Below, in pieces: positions 12,674-23,165 of a stretch of 64,000 bases of DNA. Within the stretch, counting starts at the first letter, position 1, and each line of letters starts with the position of its first letter. Below the pieces are notes generated by a model, which was given only the letters and a program-made list of their open reading frames with translations, did no database searches and was not told the origin of the DNA. The stretch covers positions 105,998,692 to 106,062,691 of the forward strand of contig NC_068984.1 of the NCBI RefSeq assembly GCF_001194135.2, in the 5' to 3' direction. The position numbers were made by a program, and so were the translations under genes. Source of the stretch: Octopus bimaculoides. Its lineage: Eukaryota.

Positions 12674-13167
12674 NNNNNNNNNNNNNNNNNNNNNNNNNNN
12701 NNNNNNNNNNNNNNNNNNNNNNNNNNNNNNNNNNNNNNNNNNNNNNNNNNNNNNNNNNNNNNNNNNNNNNNNNNNNNNNNNNNNNNNNNNNNNNNNNNNN
12801 NNNNNNNNNNNNNNNNNNNNNNNNNNNNNNNNNNNNNNNNNNNNNNNNNNNNNNNNNNNNNNNNNNNNNNNNNNNNNNNNNNNNNNNNNNNNNNNNNNNN
12901 NNNNNNNNNNNNNNNNNNNNNNNNNNNNNNNNNNNNNNNNNNNNNNNNNNNNNNNNNNNNNNNNNNNNNNNNNNNNNNNNNNNNNNNNNNNNNNNNNNNN
13001 NNNNNNNNNNNNNNNNNNNNNNNNNNNNNNNNNNNNNNNNNNNNNNNNNNNNNNNNNNNNNNNNNNNNNNNNNNNNNNNNNNNNNNNNNNNNNNNNNNNN
13101 NNNNNNNNNNNNNNNNNNNNNNNNNNNNNNNNNNNNNNNNNNNNNNNNNNNNNNNNNNNNNNNNNNN

Positions 13168-13200
<33 letters not shown>

Positions 13201-13202
<2 letters not shown>

Positions 13203-13360
13203 ACGGGCTTCTTTCAGTTTCCGTCCACCAAATCCACTCACAAGGCTTTGGACGGCCCAAGGGTATGGTAGAAGATACTTGCTCAAGGTGCCACGCAGTG
13301 GGACTGAACTCAGAACCATGTGGTTGGTAAGCAAGCTACTTACCACACAGCTACTCCTGC
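13201..13360 (-). mobile_element. tRNA-derived SINE family B (other copies: 22725-22882 -, 26915-27070 +, 40400-40560 -, 46370-46520 +, 54525-54680 -, 59760-59910 +)
   Basis: On - the head reads gtgtggtaagtagcttgcttaccaaccacatggttctgagttcagtcccactg and the tail ggaaactgaaagaagcccgt runs into (TA)/(TG) repeats; the same layout recurs at the listed sites. Confidence 0.82.
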
Positions 13361-13507
13361 ACACTAAATCTATTTTAATAATTTGCATACACCGGCTTCA
13401 TGGCTAAGTATATGTTGTATTATTGTTCTAAATTCTCTTTTGTTCTGAATTCTCTTTTTGAATATAATACATACATACATACGTACGTACGTACATACAT
13501 ATATATA

Positions 13508-13561
<54 letters not shown>

Positions 13562-13592
13562 NNNNNNNNNNGTGTGTGTGTGTGTGTGTGTG

Positions 13593-13994
13593 TGTTGGGT
13601 AGGCAAGATAATGATTTCATTTTTCCCAAATAGATAGAGTTGCGATTTTTAAAAATGATTTTTGTCAATGTTATGATTTTTTTTCCTTTTGACATTTGAT
13701 AGCCATTGCTTTTACCTTACTTTAGAATCAAATTGCACAGAATTTTGCTTACAGCTGTTAGTTCAATATCAATTTTAACATGGAGTGCAAAAACGAACAT
13801 TTTCGCCATATTTTGCTTTTTTTATTTCCATAAAGACAAGAATGCTGCTGAGGCTCACAAAGAGATATGTGAAGTTTATGGTGTTGATTGCTTAACAGAA
13901 CGCTCATGTCAGAAATGGTTTAAACAATTCTTTTTCTGGAGATTTTCACTCAAAGATGACCAACGCTCTGGTCGAACTACTGAAGTTGATGATC
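13593..13994 (+). mobile_element. Mariner (Mos1-like) 5' fragment with HTH transposase N-terminus
   Basis: FYFHKDKNAAEAHKEICEVYGVDCLTERSCQKWFKQF...LKDDQRSGRTTEVD resembles the mariner HTH with the RSGRP motif. Confidence 0.8.
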
Positions 13995-14753
13995 GGCTTA
14001 AAAGAGTATATTTTGAGGTGTCCACATCATTCGATGACACCGCTGCCACTCCCACCTTTGAATCTACAAGTGCACCTTTGACAACACCATCACCTACTCC
14101 ACCACCTTCGTCGTCGCAACCTGGCTCAAGCAGACCCTATGTCACCAGGACTGGCCGAACTGTTCACTGGCCCAAGAAACTTGCAAAGACTATTTATATT
14201 TGACAATCTCTTTTGTGTTTCCTGTGACAGACACGAGTTCTTTTGTGTACTGGATAGTTTCCATGTTTTGCTATTGAACATTATGTAAAAAAAAATTGTG
14301 CATGCTCATTTATATTGTAATTATTTTCTTTTGACTTGTCATATTTTGTACCACGTCTTGTGGGTGATCGGTAGCCATCTTGTTTCTGGCGCCACTACAA
14401 TCTTTCTATTTTCGTGCTTCCGCACTCGAGGGGGAGCCTTGTAGTAACGCATGATTCTAGACGCCATGTTGGAACATTCATCTACGCATGCGCAAGGATT
14501 AGAGCTTTCCGAAGACCTGACGGAAGCCCCTTATGCGCATGCGCAATCATCATCAACAGTTAGGGTTCACCACCATTCAATCTCTTCGATCACGGCTTCT
14601 GACCGGGTAGGACGCAACTTAGAGCCGCTCTATCAAGAATGGGACCTTTAATGGCGAGCGACACTGCGAGTCTGTAATAATGCTTTATTACTTTGTGCCT
14701 AACTACCAACCCTGCTGCTTCTTCACCTAGGCGTTCACGGCTACCGCTAACCA
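13995..14753 (+). mobile_element. Gypsy-type LTR retrotransposon 3' end: integrase tail, PPT and 3' LTR
   Basis: DRLKRVYFE...PYVTRTGRTVHWPKKL* resembles the Gypsy IDRLKP...TRSGR tail. Polypurine tract GAGGGGGAG (~14428-14436) precedes TGTAGT (14440). The LTR ends near ...TAACCA (14753). Confidence 0.72.
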
Positions 14754-14952
14754 GAGATGGAATGTTTATTCAGACAAATAAATTATTGTTATTTATTCAG
14801 AGAAATCTTGTCCTCTCCTTTCCTTCCATGTACTGTGTATGGGAAATGTAAGGCACCCAGCAAGTGCTAATCAATTTTCCTACATATATATATATTATAT
14901 ATATAAGTGTAGGGAATGGAAACGTATAACATATGTTTGAAGGAAAAGCTCA

Positions 14953-14960
14953 CCGGAAGT
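14953..14960 (+). promoter_or_regulatory. CCGGAAGT (ETS/GABP-type) motif, possible housekeeping-type promoter element
   Basis: Exact motif; lies about 1 kb before CpG depletion begins. A single 8-mer is weak evidence alone. Confidence 0.3.
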
Positions 14961-15299
14961 TATGTAATTTTATGTTATTACATAAATGCACAACTTTCCT
15001 TTTTTTCAGGTATTGTTGTTTATGTGGTCATTGTTGAAAAGGAGCCAGGAAAAAATTATTACATCTAAAACAGCGGAATGGTGGGTAGAAGCAAGGCTTT
15101 GTTAAGAAACTAGTGACAAACAAGCAACAGTCGAGAAGAAAGGGATGTGATTTAAGGAGGTTGGTTTCCTTTACATAATGAATGTTCTATTAAACACGTC
15201 GTTTACCAATGTATAGTTTTCTGTAACCTCTCTATAAACGTTAATGTAGGTGCTTGTTGCACGGACTTAAACGTGAGAACACTTTGTTGCTTAAGCTAA

Positions 15300-15717
15300 T
15301 TTGGAATTTGGAAAAGGTTCAGTGAATTACACCATTAAATGGTCAATTGTACAATGTTCAAAACCCTATTGTGAGTTTACTAATAGATACTCGCTTTGGA
15401 TAGCTGAAATTTTAGCAATTATGGACAGTAAGGAAAATATTATGAACCAGTATGACAATATAATTATAAAATATAAACACAGATTATTTACACCTTCTAC
15501 CATTATAAGTCCTACTAATTGCTTGCTCGTTCATTCATTCTTTTTACTATATAGATATACATACAAGTGAGCACATAAGTGTAAAAGAAGGTGGAAAAAC
15601 TAGTATTTGAATACCAAAAGTAGAGTAATATGCTTTTATTAAAGCTGCAAAATTGTCACAGAAACTGTTATTCAGAGTTTTATATTCCTGTTCGTTGAAC
15701 AGTTGTGATGAAACCTA

Positions 15718-15720
<3 letters not shown>
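15300..15720 (+). mobile_element. Old Penelope-like element remnant (GIY-YIG C-terminal tail and adjacent terminal repeat)
   Basis: NYTIKWSIVQCSKPY...EILAI...NIMNQYDNII.KYKHR resembles the PLE YxIKWxI..KAxPY...EKLxI...LLNKRxE..xKCRH tail. Confidence 0.5.
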
Positions 15721-15772
<52 letters not shown>

Positions 15773-16109
15773 CAATGAAGAAATAAGTGATAGAGGTATC
15801 CACTTTATACGGCTCAACCGATTAGCACTCTGATAGAGCTTCAGGAATATAAAATTAAGGAGAGGAGAAAACAAATTCTAAGGCCGATGTATATATTCAT
15901 ACAATCCATATTAACGAAATTCGCCATCGTATACAAAGTACATACATAAATGCAATCATCTATATGATATATATCTACTATTAATGATCACCTTGAACGT
16001 TTGAGAGAGTTTATTGCCTGCGCATTTTTAGTGCTTATGGCACCTGCAATGTGTGTGTGTATGTGTGTATGTATAATGTTGTTTAGTATAAAAATGTTAA
16101 TTTTTTTGT

Positions 16110-16440
16110 CAGAAATGTGCTGGGGGCACTGCTGTTAACTGTGGTTCTTGCAGACATGCCCTCAGTTAAACAGACAGGCATTCTTACTAGATTTGTAGAT
16201 GGTACAAATGTATTACAGGTGATAAACAACCCTGACAATGCTATGCTCATACAGCATGACTTAAATGCAACATATAAGCTGAGTGAAGAATGTAATATGC
16301 AACTTAATGCTGAAAAATCCTTAGCCTTCCACTACTAGCACAAATAGTTAAATGCAATGCAAACAAAATACATTGGGCTACAATGGATTTCAGTCTCAGA
16401 TTCACAATCAGTATGGGATTAGTGTGGTAACATGAGTAAT
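16110..16440 (+). mobile_element. CR1/L2-group LINE reverse transcriptase fragment
   Basis: VLGALLLTVVLADMP...FVDGTNVLQVI...IQHDLN...WNMQLN-like corresponds to the LGPLLF...FADDTK...LQxDL motifs. Confidence 0.75.
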
Positions 16441-17329
16441 AATGCATTTTCACATGCATATCACAAAGAAAGTGATGAAATGTAGATGGCCATTTGTAAG
16501 AACTTTTTCAGTCTATGGTTTTCAATGGCACATCGGTTTAAAAAAACCTGAAACTACACGAAGGACGCTCTATCTCCTGCATAGGTAACTCTATCTTTTG
16601 TGGACAAAATGCATGCCCCAACATCTGATTTTACACATCCCTTTAACCCCTCAACTGTTTTTATTGACTTAAGACTTGTTTCCTTACACAGTATTATAAT
16701 TGACTATGTGGTTTTACATCCTTTATTTAATCACACTGCTTAGTCATAAGTATACTGTGCTATTTGTTATTATGTATCTGTAGACAGTGTACAAATTTAC
16801 TGATATATTTCTACTTTTGGTATTTGCTTTTATTTCTACTTTGGTATTGCTTTTATGTCATTTTTTTTTAACTTAGAATTCATTGCACTCTTTGCAATGT
16901 TTTACTTCCTTTATATACACTTTCCATCTTTCTCTGATTTTATATGAATGTATGTCTGGTCTATTCCGTATTTGTTTACTTTCTCTATCACCCTGTCATC
17001 TCATTTTTAACCTAATTCATTTAGCCTGGCTCTCATAATTTCTCTTCTTTAGACTGTTACCACCCTTTTTCTTCATTTTATTTCCTCTGACATCACTCAT
17101 CTCCCAGACATCTCACTCTAATTTATTCTACTTTTGCACCACACCAACCAATCCACAATAACACTTTCTTTATGTACTTTTTCTGCAATCATGGTATCGA
17201 CTTCTATATTCTATCTCACCAAAGAATAAGACATGATTGAAATGTCAGATTACTCACTTTTCATGAGAAAGAAAAGAACAAAAATCACCATAAAATTCAC
17301 TGTAATGTATTTTTCTACTGACCTATATA

Positions 17330-17630
17330 CATAAATGTATGTGCATTTGTATGTTGTGGGTTTTTAGTATTAGGCAACCCATGACTGGTGGGAATGAGCA
17401 AACGAATATGTCCTTAAAAAAACATAGCAATTGTATCTTTGGATGATGGAAACAATATTGATATGAAAAACGGGATGTTGTTTTTGAAGTCTCTGTTTTT
17501 GGAAGCAATGCAGATTTTGTATGAGGTGTCCAAGTTTGCATGTAGATGAAAATTGTGTACAGAAGGTTGGGGAGGAGTGAAAGATGATATCATTTGCATG
17601 GGAGTAGGAGTTGGAAGCAATTGCAAATTG
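17330..17630 (-). mobile_element. L2/Crack-like LINE RT fragment (3' continuation of 22010-22400)
   Basis: SNSYSHANDIIFHSS is a decayed SYADDTTLHSS motif; same strand as, and colinear with, the upstream fragment. Confidence 0.5.
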
Positions 17631-17650
17631 GCTGTTGATTTCATCCTCAT

Positions 17651-17830
17651 CTTCATCATTTAACGTCCATGCTGGCATGGGTTGGAAGGTTTGACCAGGC
17701 TGGCATACTGGAAGCGTGCACCAGACTCCAGGCTGATTCAGCATGATTTTCTACAGTTGGATGCCCTTCCTAACGCCAACCACTCCAAGAGTGTAATGAG
17801 TGCATTTACATGCCACTGGCATGGGTGCCA
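17651..17830 (-). mobile_element. SINE/RTE-tail family with (GAT)n tail (other copies: 30296-30510 +, 35640-35820 +, 40138-40329 -, 45240-45420 -, 53200-53390 +, 56611-56771 -, 62990-63190 +)
   Basis: Recurrent gtggttggcgttaggaagggcatccagctgtagaaactctgccaaatcagattggagcctgg...catgctagcatggaaagcggacgttaaacgatgatgat. The same tail terminates the RTE at 50636-51654. Confidence 0.88.
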
Positions 17831-17859
17831 TTTGCATGACACCAGGATGCTTTTACATG

Positions 17860-18616
17860 GGTGCCAATTGTGTGACATCAGTATCTGTCACAAATGTGAT
17901 TTTGCTCAACTTGATGGGTCTTCTTAAGCATGACATAATGCCAAAGGTCTTGGCCATTGCCTCCGTGAGGCCCAGCATTTGAAAGGAACTCAGCCACTTT
18001 GCCTCTGTGAGGCCCAATGCTCAAAAAAAAAAAACTCAGCCACTTTGCCTCCATGAGGCCCAACACTTGAAAGGTGTTCTTTACATGCCACCAGCATGGG
18101 TGCACTTGGCATGGCAGGTCCTCTCAAGCACAGCACATTGCCAAAGGTCTAAGTCATCAGTCATTGCCTCTGTGAGGCTCAAAGTTCGAAGATCATGTTT
18201 CACCACCTTGTTCCATGTCTTCCTGGGTCTACCACTACCACAGGTTCCCTCCAAAGTTAGAAATCAGCACTTCTTAACACAGCTGACCTCATCCATGTGC
18301 ATCACATGACCATACCAGTGCAGTTGTCTCTCTTGTGCACCACATCTGATGCTTCTTATGCCTAACTTTTCTCTCAAGATGCTTACACTCTGTTGAACAT
18401 GCACACTGACATTGCACATCCAGCAAAGCATGCTGGCTTCATTTCTTTCAAGCTTATGCATGTCCTCAGCTGTCATAGCCCATGTTTCACTGCCATGCAG
18501 CATAGCTGTTCGCACACAGGCATCAAACAATCTGTCTTTCACTTTGAGAGAGAGACAATTTGTTGCCAGCAGGTGTAGGAGCTCTCTGAACTTTGCCCAG
18601 CCTAATCTTATTCTTA
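17860..18616 (-). mobile_element. RTE-clade LINE 3' portion
   Basis: ORF 18264..18542: RLFDACVRTAMLHGSETWAMT...LERNEASML.WMC...LHWYGHVMHM is the RTE RT C-terminus. Confidence 0.88.
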
Positions 18617-19254
18617 NNNNNNNNNNNNNNNNNNNNNNNNNNNNNNNNNNNNNNNNNNNNNNNNNNNNNNNNNNNNNNNNNNNNNNNNNNNNNNNNNNNN
18701 NNNNNNNNNNNNNNNNNNNNNNNNNNNNNNNNNNNNNNNNNNNNNNNNNNNNNNNNNNNNNNNNNNNNNNNNNNNNNNNNNNNNNNNNNNNNNNNNNNNN
18801 NNNNNNNNNNNNNNNNNNNNNNNNNNNNNNNNNNNNNNNNNNNNNNNNNNNNNNNNNNNNNNNNNNNNNNNNNNNNNNNNNNNNNNNNNNNNNNNNNNNN
18901 NNNNNNNNNNNNNNNNNNNNNNNNNNNNNNNNNNNNNNNNNNNNNNNNNNNNNNNNNNNNNNNNNNNNNNNNNNNNNNNNNNNNNNNNNNNNNNNNNNNN
19001 NNNNNNNNNNNNNNNNNNNNNNNNNNNNNNNNNNNNNNNNNNNNNNNNNNNNNNNNNNNNNNNNNNNNNNNNNNNNNNNNNNNNNNNNNNNNNNNNNNNN
19101 NNNNNNNNNNNNNNNNNNNNNNNNNNNNNNNNNNNNNNNNNNNNNNNNNNNNNNNNNNNNNNNNNNNNNNNNNNNNNNNNNNNNNNNNNNNNNNNNNNNN
19201 NNNNNNNNNNNNNNNNNNNNNNNNNNNNNNTATATATATACATATATATTTAAT

Positions 19255-19435
19255 GATGCTGTAAAGAGAGAGACTTGGAAATGTCACTAAATGAAGAGAA
19301 TGAATGGGAGAAAGAGAATCTTTCAAATTTCAACCCAACAGAGGGACCAGGTATTCGAATTGACAATACTTTGGTAGATAAAGCAATTAAGGGTATGAAG
19401 ACAGGGGAAGCCTCCAGCCCATCAGGAATCACTGG
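19255..19435 (+). mobile_element. Inverted RTE fragment joined to the 3' end of the main minus-strand RTE
   Basis: NEENEWEKENLSNFNPTEGPGIRIDNTLVDKAIKGMKTG on + is homologous to 20700-20880 on -. Confidence 0.75.
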
Positions 19436-21995
19436 TTTTGTTTTTACAAGCCTATGCATTTTCGCAGCAGTCACAGCCTATGTTTCACTACCATGCCGCA
19501 TAGCTGTTTGCACACAAGCATCAAACAATCTGCCTTTCACTCTGAGAGAGAGACCCTTTGTTGCTAGCAAGGAGAAGGAACTCTTATACTAATCTTATTC
19601 TCACAGCTACACTCTCGGAGCATCCATCTCCTCTACTAACTTGGTCACCTGGGTAACGGGAGCTATCTACTATCTCTAGCTTGCACCCCTGGCAGTTGAT
19701 AGTCTATTTTCTGCCCATTTTCAGAGTTTATTGTACCTGTGCATCTTCCACATACAAAAGCTAGTTTCCTTATTAACCTTCTTCCGATAGTGCTGCACCT
19801 TTTATGAGTCCAAAGCTTACACTGGATGCATCTTATGGAGTTTCTACCTACACCTTTTATACAGATTGAGCAAGGCCATCTACCCAAAGGGATTTGTGAT
19901 TTGTCTGCCTTCCTACTTACTAAGACTTTGGTTTTTGCTTGGTTAACTCTAAGGCACTTCGATTCTAGACCTTGCTTCCATACCTGAAACTTCTCTAGTT
20001 CTGGTAGTGATTCAGCTATAAGAACAAGGTCATCAGCATAGAGGAGCTCCGAAGNNNNNNNNNNTCTAGTTCTGGTAGTGATTCAGCTATAAGAACAAGG
20101 TCATCAGCATAGAGGAGCTCCGAAGGGCAGCTTGTCTTGAATTCTTCTGTTATTACCTGAAAAACTATGATGAACAAGAGGCGGGCTGAGCACTGATCTT
20201 TGGTGAACCCCTACTGGTGCACTGAATTCTTTGCTGTACTCATGGCCAACCCTCACCATACTGGTAGCATTCCTGTACATAGCTTGTACAGCTCTCACCA
20301 ACCACTCATCTATCCCTAGTTACCACATGGACCACCAGATAAGGGATTGGGGGTCCTTGTCAAAGGCTTTCTCCAAGTCAACAAAAGCCAAGCACAGAGG
20401 TTTATCTTTGGCTAAGTATTTTTCCTGCAGCTGCCTCACCAGAAAAAAAAAAAGCATCAGTGGTGCTTCTCCCTGGCACAAAACCAAACTGCATCTCACG
20501 TAAGCTAATTCTCTCCCTAACTGGTTGGGTTATGACTCTTTCCATAACTTTCATCACCTGCTTCAGCAATTTGACACCTCTGTAATTATTTCTATCTAAT
20601 GCATCACCTTTACCTTTATAGCAGCTGACTATGGTACTGCTACACCAGTCATTGAATATGATTCCTTCATGAACTAACTGATTTACAATACGGGTGACTA
20701 GATCATAAACCTCAGTGGAGATTCCTGATGGGCCAGGGGGTTTTCCTGTCTTCATATCCTTAATTGCTTTATCTACCATGGAACTGTTGATTTGGGTAGC
20801 TGGTCCCTCAATTGGATCAACATTTGGCAGACTCTCCTCTCACCACTCATTCTCTACGTTTAGCAGTCTTTCATAATGACATTTCCAAGCCTCTTTCTTT
20901 GCAGTATCATTACATGCAAGTGCATCATCATCCATAAGTATACATTTCTCGATTATGACATCACGATTTTCTCTTACACACTGTCTTGCAATCCAAAACA
21001 CTTCAGTTCTTTTGGTTCTCACATCACTGAACATAGGCAAACTTCTTTTTTGCTTTTCCCTTGGCTAGATATACTTGTCTCGAAGCATCCCTTCTGGTTG
21101 ATACAGTATTCTGGTACCCCCATTCTTCCAGGCTTGTTTCTTAGCTCTAATGGCTGTCTACTGCATCATTCCACTACCACGTTATCCTAGGTCTGGATGG
21201 GACTTTGCACCAGCCACAGATTTTATCTGTGACACTCAGCAAGCTGTCCTTCGAGAATTCCCAGTTGCCCACTATGTCCCAAGTCTGTAGCACCTCCTCC
21301 CCTTCATCAAATTTCTCAATTAGGATATCTCTAAATCTCTGACCATATGAAGGGTCCTTAAGCTTCCAAATCCTTCTTTTCTAGATTGGAGTCTGAAGTC
21401 ACTAATGACTAGTCTATAATGCAGGGGTACATTCTTCACCAGGCAGGGTTTTTTATTTGGGAGCAACCATGCATCCCGCTGTTTGGTGAGAATGTAATCA
21501 ATCTGGCTAGCACAGACACCTGATTGGTAGGTTATCAGGTGGCTGGCTTCCTGATGTTCATGTTGCAGATCAAAAGGTTATTTGCATTACAGAACTCCAG
21601 TAGCCTTGTTCCCTCATACACACCATGGCCATCATGCACACCATGGAAGACACCAGGCTGCCATCAAACATGCCCATTGAAATCCCCAGCCATGAAGAGA
21701 TCATTGTCACTCGTCTTTGAGGTAGCCTGTTTGAGGGGCAAAGGCAGAGATAATTGTCACTATACTGCTCTGTAAGACTAGCCTAAGCTTAAGTACTCTA
21801 TCACCCATTCTGGATACCTTTATGACCTTATCCACCAATTTCTCTGCAAGAAGTATGCTCACACCACCTATCCCATCACTGTTTCCTTCCCAGAAGATTT
21901 TATACCAATGTATTTTGCCTGTGAGGAATCTGGTTGAAGCTCCTCTCCACCTTATCTCTTGGATGCAACATACATCAAAAGTATGAGGGAACATA
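19436..21995 (-). mobile_element. Near-full-length, frameshifted RTE-clade LINE (APE endonuclease + RT + Cys-rich insert)
   Basis: APE: DVCCIQEIRWRG...GGVSILL...TIISAFAPQ. RT: KGKGDALDRNNYRG.KLL, MQFGFVPGRSTTDA, ELLYADDL. Cys-rich segment CSICIKGVGRNSIRCIQCKLWTHKRC. Confidence 0.92.
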
Positions 21996-22009
21996 ACTTA
22001 ATGTTAGGT

Positions 22010-22400
22010 GCCCCACCAATGTTAAAAAACTGTATGTCAGAGAGGTCTCCATCAGTACATGGTATAATGATACAATCTGACAGGAAGCTTCCAATCCAAG
22101 AGACAGAAGACTGGTGGAACCAACATGCAAAGAGTTCAGCATGCCAGACAGTAGTGAATAACTATTGGCATCAAATGTCAAGTGCAGCAACATTGTTTTC
22201 ACCAGTTGACCTTCTTATACAGACGCCATACTGACAGGAGATTAAAGGTGTTGAAGAATGTTGTTATTAATGATTGCTTCATCTCCATTGAGGTGTTGGG
22301 AGGTAAGGTCAGAGCACTTGCCCTTCATGGAAATGTGATACACAACAGTAAGTTTCCAAAGATTATTTTTCTTCAGCATCTGCTAAGTTAATCATATATT
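22010..22400 (-). mobile_element. L2/Crack-like LINE RT fragment
   Basis: Decayed motifs VAALDI...TVWH and WIGSFLSD...DGDLS...NIGG correspond to ALDISKAFDxVWH and WIxSFLSxR...GVPQG. Confidence 0.6.
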
Positions 22401-22487
22401 TAAGAGTAGCTTGACAACATTTTAAGAAAGATATGAACAAAAATTACTTAAACTAATTACCACCATTAATCTAGAGATTTTATTTCT

Positions 22488-22720
22488 TATCTTTTACTTG
22501 TTTCAGTCATTTGACTGTGCCCATGCTGGGGCACCATCTTGAAGGATTTTAATTGAATAAATCAACCATGATACTTATTTTTTTTAAAGCATGGTACTTA
22601 TTTTATAGTTTACTTTTGCTGAACCACTAGGTTATGAAGGTGTAAACACCAGTTGTCAAGCAGTGGTGGGGAACAAACATAAACACAGACGCACACACAC
22701 ACAAAGATTTATACATATAT
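22488..22720 (-). mobile_element. SINE family A (other copies: 27375-27592 +, 41960-42065 +, 45945-46115 +, 49860-50060 -, 62265-62430 -)
   Basis: Shared tttacttgtttcagtcatttgactgtggccatgctggggcacc...ggtacttatt...ttttgctgaacc.ctaagttatg layout. Confidence 0.82.
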
Positions 22721-22936
22721 ACATGACAGGCTTCTTTCAGTTTCCTTCTATCAAATCCATTCACAAGGTTTTGATCAACCCGAGGCTATAGAAGACACCT
22801 GCCTAAGGTACCATGCAGTGGGACTGAATCTGGAACCATGTGGCTGGGAAGTGAGCTTCTCACCACATAGCAACACCTCAGCCTACTTACTGATTTTGGG
22901 CAACTGAAGGAAAAGAACAATATTTTGGGGATAGAT

Positions 22937-22974
22937 TTTATTTCCAAAATATATTTGAAAGAGGCATTTTTATT
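22937..22974 (-). promoter_or_regulatory. Two candidate AATAAA polyadenylation signals for FOCAD
   Basis: TTTATT on + at 22969-22974 and 22937-22942, about 100-140 nt downstream of the stop. Hexamers are common in AT-rich DNA, so this is weak. Confidence 0.35.
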
Positions 22975-23076
22975 TTACTTTATACACAACAAAAACAAAC
23001 GCTTTGGTAATTCCTCAGAAAGTTAGATGCTAACTTTATATGAAAATGTTGCTTAGATCTTGTTACTCTTGTTCTT

Positions 23077-23165
23077 TTACAGTTGGTTCAAGTAAATCTT
23101 AAAAACTTTGTTCCAGACTGATGCCCTTTTGAATTCTTTGGTATTCCGCAAGTTGCACAAACAAT
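23077..23165 (-). CDS. FOCAD: Focadhesin terminal coding exon, (N)CLCNLRNTKEFKRASVWNKVFKIYLNQL*
   Basis: ttttttttctatag acceptor; phase 1; TAA at 23077-23079. LRNTKEFKRASVW matches the recalled C-terminus LRVLPEFKKKAVW. Confidence 0.92.

Noticed and set aside
19994-20125. 61-bp direct repeat on either side of a 10-N gap
   Set aside because: An exact duplicate flanking a minimal gap is typical of unmerged contig overlap (assembly artefact).
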